NCBI RefSeq assembly: GCF_006345805.1
Contig: NC_043001.1
Span: 38,564,001 to 38,628,000, forward strand
DNA from: Octopus sinensis
Taxonomy: Eukaryota
Length of the DNA stretch: 64,000 bases
Reading direction: 5' to 3'
The notes under the pieces: model-generated
The model's database searches: none
What the model was told of the DNA's origin: nothing
The model's input: only the letters and a program-made list of their open reading frames with translations
Part shown: positions 12,585 through 23,994 of the stretch, piece by piece
Layout: every line of letters starts with the position of its first letter
Numbering within the stretch: the first letter of the stretch is position 1
Position numbers and translations under genes: made by a program

Positions 12585-12701
12585 TATATGAGCAGTTATA
12601 TTAACCAATGGAAAAACGACAATAATATTTCTTTGGCAATACGACATTACGTCATATTGCCAGCTACCACCAATTGGCGCGTTATTTTAAAATGGCTACT
12701 T
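12585..12701. repeat. 117-bp direct repeat, copy 2
   Basis: Identical to 11353-11469. Confidence 0.92.
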
Positions 12702-13065
12702 GTTACACTGTTGTTTTTACTTTCACATCCCATATTCTGCTTATTTCCAGTTCAATGACATATTTCAACTTCTCTCCGTGTCTCATTAGTAACAATTCTT
12801 CGGCAGTTTGCTTCAATTTTCTTGTTATTTTATGCATATACTAGATAATATTCAGGTCTCTGTCATATACAGTTTCGGAAGATGTACTTCTTCCCGGGTC
12901 TTATACCAAAATATTACCTGCCCCTATATGTTCTTTTTGTTGCTGCTGTCTGTGATGTGGCCTTTGATGTTGGTGTGTGTTCTGTTGTTTTAGTTGCTGT
13001 TGCTTCCACATTTGTTGTCACTGCTGCTGCTGTTACTGTTGAAGATGCTGCAGTAAAGTTTTAAT
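12702..13065 (-). mobile_element. Second L1/Tx1 ORF1 C-terminal remnant
   Basis: About 12920-13060 is a close paralog (a few substitutions) of the Thr-rich segment at about 9955-10076. Confidence 0.5.
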
Positions 13066-14033
13066 TTTTTTCCCTTTCCTGTTCCACTTATTGAATTAAT
13101 TGCTTCTTCTGATTTCTTTCTTTCTTTCTTTCATTCTTTTATTTGTTTCAGTCATTTGACTGGTTGTTTAATGTAGTTCTAATTACTTGTATGTGTGGCT
13201 GTCTTAAATCCAAGATTTTACTATTTCAATTTACCGTTCAGTTTTAATTTGTTACTTATAAATAATTTTAGATCATCCATAAAGAGTTTATAATCTTCTT
13301 CGTAACACTTATAATTGTTGATGGTTTCAACCAACATATTTGTCAATGGTTCTCGGCTTCGCAGAAGAGTAGAGGCGATGAAGAGTTTTCCTGAAAGGTT
13401 TCTATCCTTTTACGAGTATAGGAACGGTGTTATGATCTCTTTGACCAGCAGTTGACTAGCTCCAACCTTGGTCGAGCAAGCGTATATTCCAATTATGACT
13501 AACACATTTTTTTACTTCAGATATAATGCATTTATGACTATATCAGTCAATTTATTTTTCTTTATTTTAAAGGTGTTTGTAGGGAGATCTGGTAGCTAAC
13601 AAGTCGAGTGACCACGATGAACTCAATGTTAGCTTGAACTGTAGCATAGTTGTTTTTCATACTTTTTAATACCTAAGAATTCACAAAATTTCTTTTAAAA
13701 AATTAATGACATTCTATTTATTTTACCAGAATAAAAAAAGGTTGCACTACAAATTTTGAACATCTCTGCACTGCACAGGAAGCTGCAGAACTAGCAGAAC
13801 TGTTGAGATTTCTTGAAAGTGGTGAAGGTCCCGGCAAAAAGTGAGACGAACTACCAAAAGTAGATATGCTTCATACCAATCACCGACGAGTCGCTGTTTT
13901 CCAGATTAAACCACAGATCATAAAAGAGGGCATAAATGTATTTTTAATTCATGTATGTATACATGTATGCATACATTTGCTATGTATATATAATTCTACA
14001 TACATTCATAAGTATGCTAGTTTGCGTATGTGC

Positions 14034-14371
<338 letters not shown>

Positions 14372-15871
14372 ACATGTAATGTCTTATGTTGGTATGCCAT
14401 CGCATGTATTATCAAATAATGATTTACCAAATAAATAATAAAATGCATTAAATGAACCAGACACTGTTTTCTAAAATTCAAGGGGAAAAGAAGAGGGACA
14501 ATCAATCAGGAAAAAAAAACCTACTTTATTTTGGTTCAAATAAAATTATGAAAAAATCAAGGTCTAAAAAAATTGAATGCAATTCACTTGTTCTTGTTTT
14601 TGCACAATTTGTATAAAAGAGAATATTTTTATGCTTCCACTTGTTTTTTTTTCTCCAGTTTTTGAAAATGTTTTTATAGACCAAGAGACAATAGAAAACA
14701 GATTGGATACTCTCAGTATTAATTCCTTCTACTCAACATTTTAATAAGATTTCCTTTACTGAGAAGGATTCTGTCATTTCTTGTTTAATTAGTAGTTTGA
14801 TACAAACAACATACTTAAAATTTTTGTCTGATTGCTCCTGGTTGTTATGAGTACTAAACATCACATCATATTTTTATTTATTCAAGTTAAATTTTTGTTC
14901 CCATTACCTTTTAAGCTTTCTTTAGTTCGAAATGTATCATCTCAGTTTTTAAGATGATTATCTACCAATTGTCATGATTTTTCACATAAAAACTAATCTA
15001 TTCTGTATTCTATCAATTGTGTAAGTTGTCTTACATTGATTGAAATTTATCAGGTAGCCAACATACTAAATTTTCATTCGATATATTCAATTTTATCAAT
15101 ATGTAAATTGCTTAGATAAAAATACATAAAAATTAAGCAAAAGTTTTTTTTTATTTAAATTTTTCTGTATTTAACTTAGATACGTTTATATCAGCCCAAC
15201 TCCAGAGGTTTGCTCGAAAACATGACTTTTCTAATAGGTCTTGTCTAATTCCAAATGATTGGGCAAATCAGATCAAATTATGTTATTCAGTCTTGTATTT
15301 CTACATTAAACCATCTATTTTGAATAATGTTTGAAATATGACAGCACCCACGAATGAATAAGCATAAGGCTCGCTAAAAGAACATATCGCTCATATCATC
15401 AGCGATTAGAATTTAACAGATTTAAGAGCTTTTTAGGTTATTTCTCATATGAACATCACAAGAAATAGTCGCATCGGGCGTCTAAAGTGGTCTTTAAATC
15501 TTTTTTAGAATAAACTTAGCACAATGTTTCAAGAAGAATTATTACTAATTACCCCTCAAAACCCCGTCTCCATGTTCTTTATTGACACGAACTACTAACA
15601 TGAGCACCAGACTATTTCCTGACAGTAACAAGGACGTTGAACTTTTCCAATCAGACTTTTTCCGATCGAGTCTATAAATCAACGGCTCACCTTTGCTCCA
15701 AGTGCCAAACTAGAAAAAAAAATGCTATCGTCTTCTTCCTCTTATATATATATATATTTGTTAATAGTGATGATGCCACAGAATCAGAAATATGGAATAT
15801 CAAACAGAAAAATTAATATGATATACAGGTGGTTCTTAGTAATATTTTGGGGTAATAGTTGAAAAAAAAAG

Positions 15872-15916
<45 letters not shown>

Positions 15917-16024
15917 CAAGAGAGTGTGTGTGTACGTGCGTGTGCTTATTTGTGTGTGTATCCGTGCATTTGTATTTGTGCGTCTGCATTTGTGTGCGTA
16001 CGTATTTGTGTGTGTGTGTGTGTG

Positions 16025-16068
<44 letters not shown>

Positions 16069-16072
16069 AGTG
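15872..16072. repeat. (TG)n/(GA)n microsatellite
   Basis: Direct dinucleotide repeats. The CVCV and THTH ORFs are artefacts. Confidence 0.95.
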
Positions 16073-17123
16073 TGAAGAAGCTAAGTTTCTGATTTCCGTG
16101 ACGACAGAAGTAAACTGTCAGCAAGTGGCCGAGGGAAAGAGCGCGTTTTCAATAGGTATTTCGAATATATACCTGTGCTGTAATCGAACTAGGTCATTGA
16201 AAATAGAATTGAATGACTTAATCTAGATCAAACTCTGTCTCACCTCTGACAATAACAAATGACAGCCTAAACAAATAAATTTCGAGTGAAAATTCCGACA
16301 ACAATAGAAACCAACATGAAGACCGATGTTTCGATACTTGGTTACTAATCCGTTGAAATATTTCCTATAGTTTGAATAGCAGTTAATTAAATAGTGGACC
16401 ATTATGACCACGTTCCCAAGTGGTAGAGACTAGTTTCTACTTCTGTTGGCTCATTAACTATGGTGGGGTTTGCGTCGATCTTGACGACGATCATTCAGTT
16501 GTTCAACCATCTAGCTTCCTACTTGAGAAATTAACATATAAGTAGCTGAGTATATCCTACAGAAACGAATAGCTTTGACGTTATTCTCAAAACGAAACAT
16601 TATGACACTATGTAACAAGGCTGAACTTATAAATTACAGATATAATCTAAGGTGAGAGAAAGAGGGGGGGGGAGAGAAAGAGAAGATAGATAGAGGGAGA
16701 GAGAGGAAGAGGGAGAGAAGGAGAGCAATCAACTGAAAGTATGAAAGGTAAAGTTGACCGAGGCAAACTAACATACACAGCTATTATTTACAATTTCTAA
16801 GAAATTAAGATTTGAAATTGCTAACTTTGAGTAACTTTGGCATAATATGTATCAAATGTTAGTGATTCCTTAGTATTTCACCAGTCATTTATAATTCAAT
16901 CTAGCATTGTGATATGTATAGTCCATAATATATTGTGTATCTCCTCGATTCATAATATAATGTGCTTTTCTGCATGTCCCAACACACTCCTTCCTCTCTC
17001 CTAAAAGTTGATTGTGGTGGTAAGTTGTGTGTTCAATAACTAACTCACCGATTCATGAAGCATAATTTGTGCAGTATAGTTTAGCAGAACCCAACATTTT
17101 TCATGCTGTGCTACTGAAGCTGT

Positions 17124-17514
17124 GGAGGCGCAATGGCCCAGTGGTTAGGGCAGCGGACTCGCGGTCATAGGATCGCGGTTTCGATTCCCAGACCGGGCAT
17201 TGTGAGTGTTTATTGAGCGAAAACACCTAAAAGCTCCACGAGGCTCCGGCAGGGGATGGTGGTGATCCCTGCTGTACTCTTTCACCACAACTTTCTCTCA
17301 CTCTTACTTCCTGTTTGTTTCTGTTGTACCTGTATTTCAAAGGGCCGGCCTTGTCACTCTCTGTGTCACGCTGAATATCCCCGAGAACTACGTTAAGGGT
17401 ACACGTGTCTGTGGAGTGCTCAGCCACTTACACGTTAATTTCACGAGCAGGCTGTTCCGTTGATTCGGATCAACCGGAACCCTCGTCGTCGTAACCGACG
17501 GAGTGCTTCCTTCC
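17124..17514 (+). mobile_element. Young full-length tRNA-derived SINE with 15-bp TSD
   Basis: A box TGGCCCAGTGG, B box GTTTCGATTCC, (TTCC)n tail. Perfect TSD TGCTACTGAAGCTGT at 17109-17123 and 17515-17529. Confidence 0.92.
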
Positions 17515-18591
17515 TGCTACTGAAGCTGTAATCCATATTACAGTTCTACCTCACCTTATAGAGTTGTTTTTTTTTCTGTACCCAGCAGTACTTGTTCATA
17601 GCTTAAGGATCGAACCGTATGGAAGTTAAATGTCGTGACCACAGATGGTAAACAGTGTTAATTAAAAGATACACACTACTGACATCTCAGCTGGTTACCT
17701 GGCACCGTATCCATTCGGCCATTTGCAATCTCTTCTCACAATACATGTTCCTCCTATTTTCCGACCCATATAAATTTCGAAGTAGTTCAACGAAATGAAA
17801 CACTACATAATATTTTATTCTCTTTATACTTCACCTTTGCTTTTTTAATAATTGATTTATAATTATGAAATCATCTGCCTACATTGCCTGGTTGACATTT
17901 GTTATTTGAAATAACTATCTATTATTCACCATTCTATCAGGCGATGATATTCAAAGGAAAATATTTCACACAATTTTGGAGTGTTGCAGTGAAATAATTA
18001 ACTATGAATAAATGAATAGATAAAGCCGTAACAAGAAGCTATGTTGCGTATCATTCGGTGTCATGTTTCCGTTACTGAACTGTAATGGTTGACATTATTA
18101 TCACTAAAGCAAACTGATTTTATCTATTAAACGAGTTGATTAATTCGGAAAACATTCAGTGTTTAATAAAGAGAGGGGGAAAATACTGTTTGGTGAAGAG
18201 TCAGTTGAAACAATTGGCGTGACCGAGTGAAGCGTAACAGAGTTATAGACTAAAATTGCATGTAAAAGATGCAGACAAGAGATATAATAGTAAAATCTCA
18301 GCTGAGGACAGCAACTGAATTTTATCGCCATAGAGGTTTAACGTTCAAAATACATGTGATTTGTGTAGTCATTAACAATATTTCTAGCTGGAAATAAATC
18401 ATCTCAATTTTCTCGCAATCATTTAATCTAGAATTCAAAAACACATTCAAAGGTATGCATATGTACACTAAAGGTTTTGAAAATTGAGCAGATGTTGAAA
18501 TTTGTATGAATTAAATATGTATATACACAAGTTACCCATTTTATACTGAAATATCATTCTTTTATTTCAACATGTTTTAATTTTCAATCTG

Positions 18592-19853
18592 CGTAGGGGA
18601 GACCGGGTCTAGTTGTTACATGGGTAAGTTGCTACAAGTCCATTGTTTCCAACTTCAAGAAATAGGTGGCACTCAGGTCTCTACCTCGTGAAGGCCAACT
18701 CCATAGTATCATGACTGCACATGTGTATTGCACTGGCGGGCTGTCACCAGGAAAGGTATGGTTCAAAAAACGATTTTTTTACTCCAAAAGTTAAATTTTG
18801 CCACAAAGTTATTTCCTTAACTACTAAAGCACAAGTGGTGTTACTGAAGTAGTTTGTGGCTCATTAGGAAGTGTTGGAAGTTGCCTTTGATACATGAAGG
18901 TGTATCCTGGATGCCATGCATTGCTAGTGCTGTGTACGAAATAATCCCCAGAAATCCATAGTCGGGGCTAATTGTTACAGTGTATCAACTTACCCCAGGC
19001 ATGTAACAACTTACCCTTCTATTTCAGTTTAACACGTCATGCCTAGAAATTACAAAAGGAAGATTACAAAGGGTGGGGGATAATCCACGTGATGTCATGG
19101 AAAGAGCCGCCAGAAAAGTTGTGGATGAAAAGAAATCATTACGGGATGTTGCCGTAAAACAGCGCATAGTGGATGAAATAAACGAACGGAAATCCAAACC
19201 AAAGAAGGCAACTAGTACAGAAAAGGCTACAAAGGGGAAGGGAAAGTTAACTAAATCAGGTAAAGGCAAAAGGAAACAGCCTCGCAGCAAGCAAGTCGCC
19301 GATTGGAAATGCCTTGTCTGCTCAGATTGGTGTTCCAACTCTTTTCCAGGTGAATAATGGGTGTAATGCATGAACTGTAAAGACTGGGCACACACTGACT
19401 GTACTGATGGACGACAAGACTTTCTGTGTGATCTCGTGTGGTGAGGACGATTCCGACCAGATGGCACATGTAACAATGGGGAAATTGGCTGATGAGGACT
19501 CTCAGTATCACAGTTAAGATATGAGGAGGCTCAAAGCACAGTTAATTAATTAAAATAATACTTCCTAGATGCAAGAAGCAGGAGACGTATTCATTTTAAA
19601 CTTGTTTGTTTGCATAATTCCGAGTTATCGACAGTTGTAACAAAGTACTCCAGTAAGTGTCACAACATAACCTGCACTCGGGGAAAATTGTTACATTAAT
19701 TAGAACCTGTCTAATTAATGTTATGTAATTTCTGTTTTTTGCTGGTGATAACAATAGATAAATCTGAAAAGAAACTCCAGTTGTGTTCATTTATGTGGGT
19801 GCCAAGGCAAAAAAATGAAAAAATGTAACAACTTGACCCGGTCTCCCCTACCG
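18592..19853 (+). mobile_element. Internally deleted pogo-like DNA transposon (HTH N-terminus fused to PHD-finger C-terminus, DDE core missing)
   Basis: 28-bp TIRs GTAGGGGAGACCGGGTC(T/A)AGTTGTTACA at 18593 and 19851, with TA after the right end. MERAARKVVDEKKSLRDVA is HTH_psq-like. CLVCSDW...W V*CMNCKDWAHTDC...FLCD is PHD-like with TAA stops. Confidence 0.85.
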
Positions 19854-19933
19854 TATTCAAGCACCATATGTTTAAAACAAGAAGTGAAAACACCATTATT
19901 AGCTCAAACAACGATTTGTCACTGAAAACTATA

Positions 19934-20119
19934 TAGTAATCCTTGCCATATCGGGGTTCACCTATCGCGCACTCAGTACATCACGGATTTTTCTGGCTAA
20001 TATATGTAAATTTATATCGCGGGTTTCTGCGGCCGATAGGTATTAATATTTTGGGGGATTTGAATTATTTCTGTAAGAGGTTTTGGATCGTAACACCCAC
20101 GATAGTCGAGGGATTTCTG
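19934..20119. mobile_element. Tigger/pogo-type MITE
   Basis: Degenerate TIRs TAGTAATCCTTGCCATATCGGGG ... CCCACGATAGTCGAGGGATTTCTG followed by TA. Confidence 0.5.
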
Positions 20120-20139
20120 TAATTACAGAATAGTTAGCT

Positions 20140-20330
20140 CCTCGGGCAGCGTTTAGCGGCATTTCGTTCGCTTTTACGTTCTGAGTTCAAATTTTACCGA
20201 GGTCGACTTTGCCTGTCAATCCTTTCGGAGTCGATAAAGTAAGTACCAGTTGAGCACTGATGCCAATGAAATTGACGTACCCCGTCCCTAGAAATTGCTG
20301 ATCAAAATTTGAAACCAATAGTAAGCCTAC
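20140..20330 (+). mobile_element. SINE (3037 family)
   Basis: GTTCTGAGTTCAAATTTTACCGAGGTCGACTTTGCC...AGTACCAG body. Confidence 0.8.
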
Positions 20331-20514
20331 TCTCCCCTTTTCTCTATGACATTTATGCAGCATGGACACATCAGGTGCTGGCAATGAGAAATGGGAATTT
20401 AATCTCCCTCTATTTTTGATCACACTGAATAGATTGTTGAAATTCGACGGTTTCAAAACTTTGATGTTATGATCAAATCCGTCTAAGAGATTTTTGGTCA
20501 GACTGAAATTTTTG

Positions 20515-20695
20515 TAAAGGTGGGCAGTCGATTAAATCGACCCCAGTACGCAACTGGTTCTTAATTTATCGACCCCGGAAGGATAAAAGGCAAGGTCGAC
20601 CTCAGTGGAATTTGAACTCAGAACGTAAATACAGACGAAATACCGCTAAGCATTTCGACCAGCATGCTAACGTTCCTGCCAGCTCGCCACCTTAA
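20515..20695 (-). mobile_element. SINE (3037 family)
   Basis: Reverse-complement body ending CCAGCTCGCC. Confidence 0.8.
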
Positions 20696-20784
20696 GTGGA
20701 GACAATATTGACCTAATATTGGGAAGTATTTAACTGAACTATGCAGAGCTCAGAGTCATACTTCAGTATTCATTTCAGCAACAA

Positions 20785-21390
20785 GCAAGGCTGTCGCTAG
20801 GCCCCTGCGACCGCAAGGGTTGCTGGGGGTCTCGGCGGTTGAGGGGCCCAATGTTATGATCAAAGTACGTAGATGAGTCATTTATTTACTTTGGTTAAGA
20901 TGTTGAAGAAGAATTGAACTATGTTAACTGAAAATTACAAGAAATAAAACGGTAATTCATTGTACCTGTAAACGTTCTCGTTAAAATATTACATTGTACC
21001 ACGAACGTGTACCAGACTTTGTGGATTGCCTATGATATCTATAGAACACGAACTTAGCTCTCATCTTGATTATTCTCAACAAATCGATAATTTCACGAAG
21101 CGAAAAGTGCACTGTTTGTCTTTGAAAGTTGTCTGGATTATAGAAGTGCTCTTTTATTTATATCTGGAAGTTTTACTTATAAAAACTTGTAATAGACCTA
21201 AATAAATTTAACTTGTACTTTTAAAGATGTTCTTTAGGATAACGCGAAATATTGAGCTTCAGCTAGATTAACGTAAAATATAACTATGAATAAAAGGTGC
21301 GTAGATTATGAATTTTGATTGTAGAGATGGGGCCTCGAAACAAAAATTTGCAGGGGCCTCTAAAAGTGTCACGACGTAGCGGGCTGCAAG
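20785..21390. mobile_element. Possible decayed hAT-like MITE
   Basis: GC-rich ends with GGGGCCC/GGCCCC subterminal motifs around an AT-rich core. TIRs are degenerate. Confidence 0.3.
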
Positions 21391-21399
21391 TGACTATCG

Positions 21400-21760
21400 G
21401 AAAGACTTTTGATCCATGGGACTAGTGATGCGATGATTAGGAGCAGAATCTTGAACTGAAAAACCATTCCAAACCATGACACTATCTCGCCTCTTTATAT
21501 AATATTCTGGAGATAACTGATATTCAGTTCCTTGTCAGGACAGCATTTCACATACATCCTCCCATCATAACTAGTTGAACATGGGTGCGTTGGACCACTT
21601 CACCACTAGATTATGTTTAACAAAGATTCTGTCAATGTCTATTAAGCCTTGGCGTATTCGGGATACGCTTTTTCTGCCCTTTGCAGACAGAAATGGCTTT
21701 TTACAACTGTCGCAGCCATTTAATCCGAATCGACAGTCACCGATCGTTTAAGTTTGTTGT
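21400..21760 (-). mobile_element. Tc1-family transposase remnant
   Basis: Minus-strand SYDGRMYVKC...DSVMVWNGFS and QDSAPNH resemble the Tc1 motifs SDGRxYV, GGSVMVWG and QDNAPxH. Confidence 0.45.
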
Positions 21761-23009
21761 GCATGTTCAAACCCTGTTTAATGTCAACAGGAGTCATTTG
21801 GCAGTTGGTCTTGGAATAGAGTGTGAATGACTCATCATTTTTAAGAACATTTTCAAGGATTTTCCACTTTTAAAGCGATCTTGTAAAAGTCTACATTCTT
21901 ATTGGTAGCAACAGCCTTTACAAAGGAAGAATAAATGCAATTCAGACACATACCATTGTCCCTGTGGAATGAACGTCCTCATCATATAGTTGATATCGTA
22001 CATGTTTTGTAGGCGACGCAGCCAGTCGCTTCCACATTCATACTGTCACAACTAGTATAATACCTTCAAAAATATCTTAGTCTAACTTGGAATCATCAAT
22101 CTGAACAATTTTGAAATTTTGACGGAACTTAAAATTACGGAAACCTTTTGAGGGCATAATTTCAATAAAGGCATTATCAAATAAATGTTTATGAGCCATT
22201 TTAAGAGCGTCTTGATACTTTACACTTATATGATTTTTTGAGAATCAATTGCATTTGAAAACAATAAACAAAAAAAAAAAAATACTGAAATCTACCCAAT
22301 GATTCTAAGTACCCTAGTTAATCAATAATTTTACTTATTTGATGTCATAGCAATTTGGAAGGAGGTTTCCATATTCTCTGTAACTGGAAATCGAACAAAT
22401 ATAAGGTCAAACGCAAATGAACTTATAACTGATTTTATTCGGCATTGAGTGAAATTTATGAAAGTTTATAGGTACACGTATGAATAGGTTTATACATTTA
22501 TAAAATAAATACTGATACTGATTGATAGAATATTTACTACAACATTTTATAAGTGAATATTTGTTCATTGATATGCGCTTATGCACTTTATAAAATATAT
22601 CTTTAATTGAAACTGCGTTACTTTACATACATGGCGTATATCTTAGCAAAAGCATTAATTTTACATTACATACATAACGTATCTGTTAGTAATACTGATG
22701 CTTTCACATTAATGTACTGAAAATTTCATTAACATCTTGAAATTCAAGTTATAGTTTAATAATAATTTTAAGTGAGTTTTGCTTGGATATAAAAATGTAA
22801 GCGAAATTACCAGGAACTAAAGGTCAGAACATCCGAAAGCCTGCAACAAAGGCTTACAACTATATCAGATAACATAGAGCAACTGTTGGAGGTGAAGTTT
22901 CAATAAACCAGACGTTCGTTTTTACAATTAAAACTCTTAAAATTTTTATCTATCAGTCAAAATGACGACGGCGAAACTATTGCTTTTGTCGGCGTATAAG
23001 AAAACGCGC

Positions 23010-23044
<35 letters not shown>

Positions 23045-23052
23045 GTTATTAT

Positions 23053-23444
23053 GATCTTTTCGGTTTGAACGGCAGTTTTTTTTAGCGGTGTCATATGAGA
23101 TTGTCACCCATAATTATGACCCTAATATCGATCTATTGCATTTCTATCTGTTTTAGGGTTAGGATTAGGGGTGGGGGAAGGGTATCTTTTTTTCTTCTCA
23201 AATGTAAATAAACCCAATCTGTTTCTTAAACGAAGGACAGAATGTTTTTTTTTACCTCAATAGACGTAATTGATTGGTTGAAATTGCATAAATTGAAGAA
23301 AAAAGAACCAACTAATATCTTACAAACTAGAGAATTTTCTCAATAAAGCCAAGAGAAAAAGATGTTTTATAAACACATTCTACCAGTATACGAAGTTTAA
23401 AATTTTTTAGTTACCTAGAAATTTTCGTTCAAACCGAAAAGATC
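23053..23444. mobile_element. MITE with perfect 19-bp TIRs, inserted in (ATT)n
   Basis: GATCTTTTCGGTTTGAACG (23053-23071) and CGTTCAAACCGAAAAGATC (23426-23444). Confidence 0.85.
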
Positions 23445-23445
23445 C

Positions 23446-23535
<90 letters not shown>

Positions 23536-23536
23536 C

Positions 23537-23770
23537 ATATGTTTGACTTTTGCTTTACATTTGTACAAATTGGCTCCAACTTTCACCCAGAGACCTCAAG
23601 AGACGACAAGTTGGAAATTCATGTTGGTGTTATGCCTAGGGTGCCATATATTTGGTTTTGTACTTAGTGTTGTACTAGTGAATGTTTAAGAAACCATAAG
23701 AAAATTATGTTTGTTTTAAAACTTGATATTACATTGAAAGTATTCTGCGTAGGATATATCGCATTTCCAT
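23537..23770 (-). mobile_element. R4/Dong LINE 3' end (UTR and last codons) next to (ATT)n
   Basis: Paralogous to about 4933-5180. Confidence 0.8.
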
Positions 23771-23994
23771 CTGTGATTCGCTTTATAAACGGAATGAAAA
23801 TGTATCTTTTTTAAAGCAAATTGTGACAGGTGATGAGAAATGGATTATCTACCAAAATGTTCAGTGAAAGCGATCCTGGAGTAAGCGATATGAGCCACCC
23901 TTAGCCACCCCAAAAGCGGGTCTTCACCCTAAAATTGTCTTGCTTTGTGTCTGGTGGGATTGGAAAGGAATTCTGTACTATGAGCTTCTCCTAA
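23771..23994 (+). mobile_element. Mariner (Mos1-like) transposase, left part
   Basis: FLKQIVTGDEKWIIYQNV...GLHPKIVLLCVWWDWKGILYYELL. Continues in frame after the LTR insertion. Confidence 0.9.

Noticed and set aside
11353-12701. TRIM or mini LTR element with 117-bp LTRs and a Trp PBS
   Set aside because: The repeats lack TG...CA ends and a TSD, and the tRNA-complementary sequence is hundreds of bases from either repeat rather than adjacent.
17124-17200. Functional tRNA genes at SINE heads (also 34245, 36025, 39190, 56330)
   Set aside because: A and B boxes are present, but the heads run into SINE bodies with tails or TSDs and lack complete acceptor stems.
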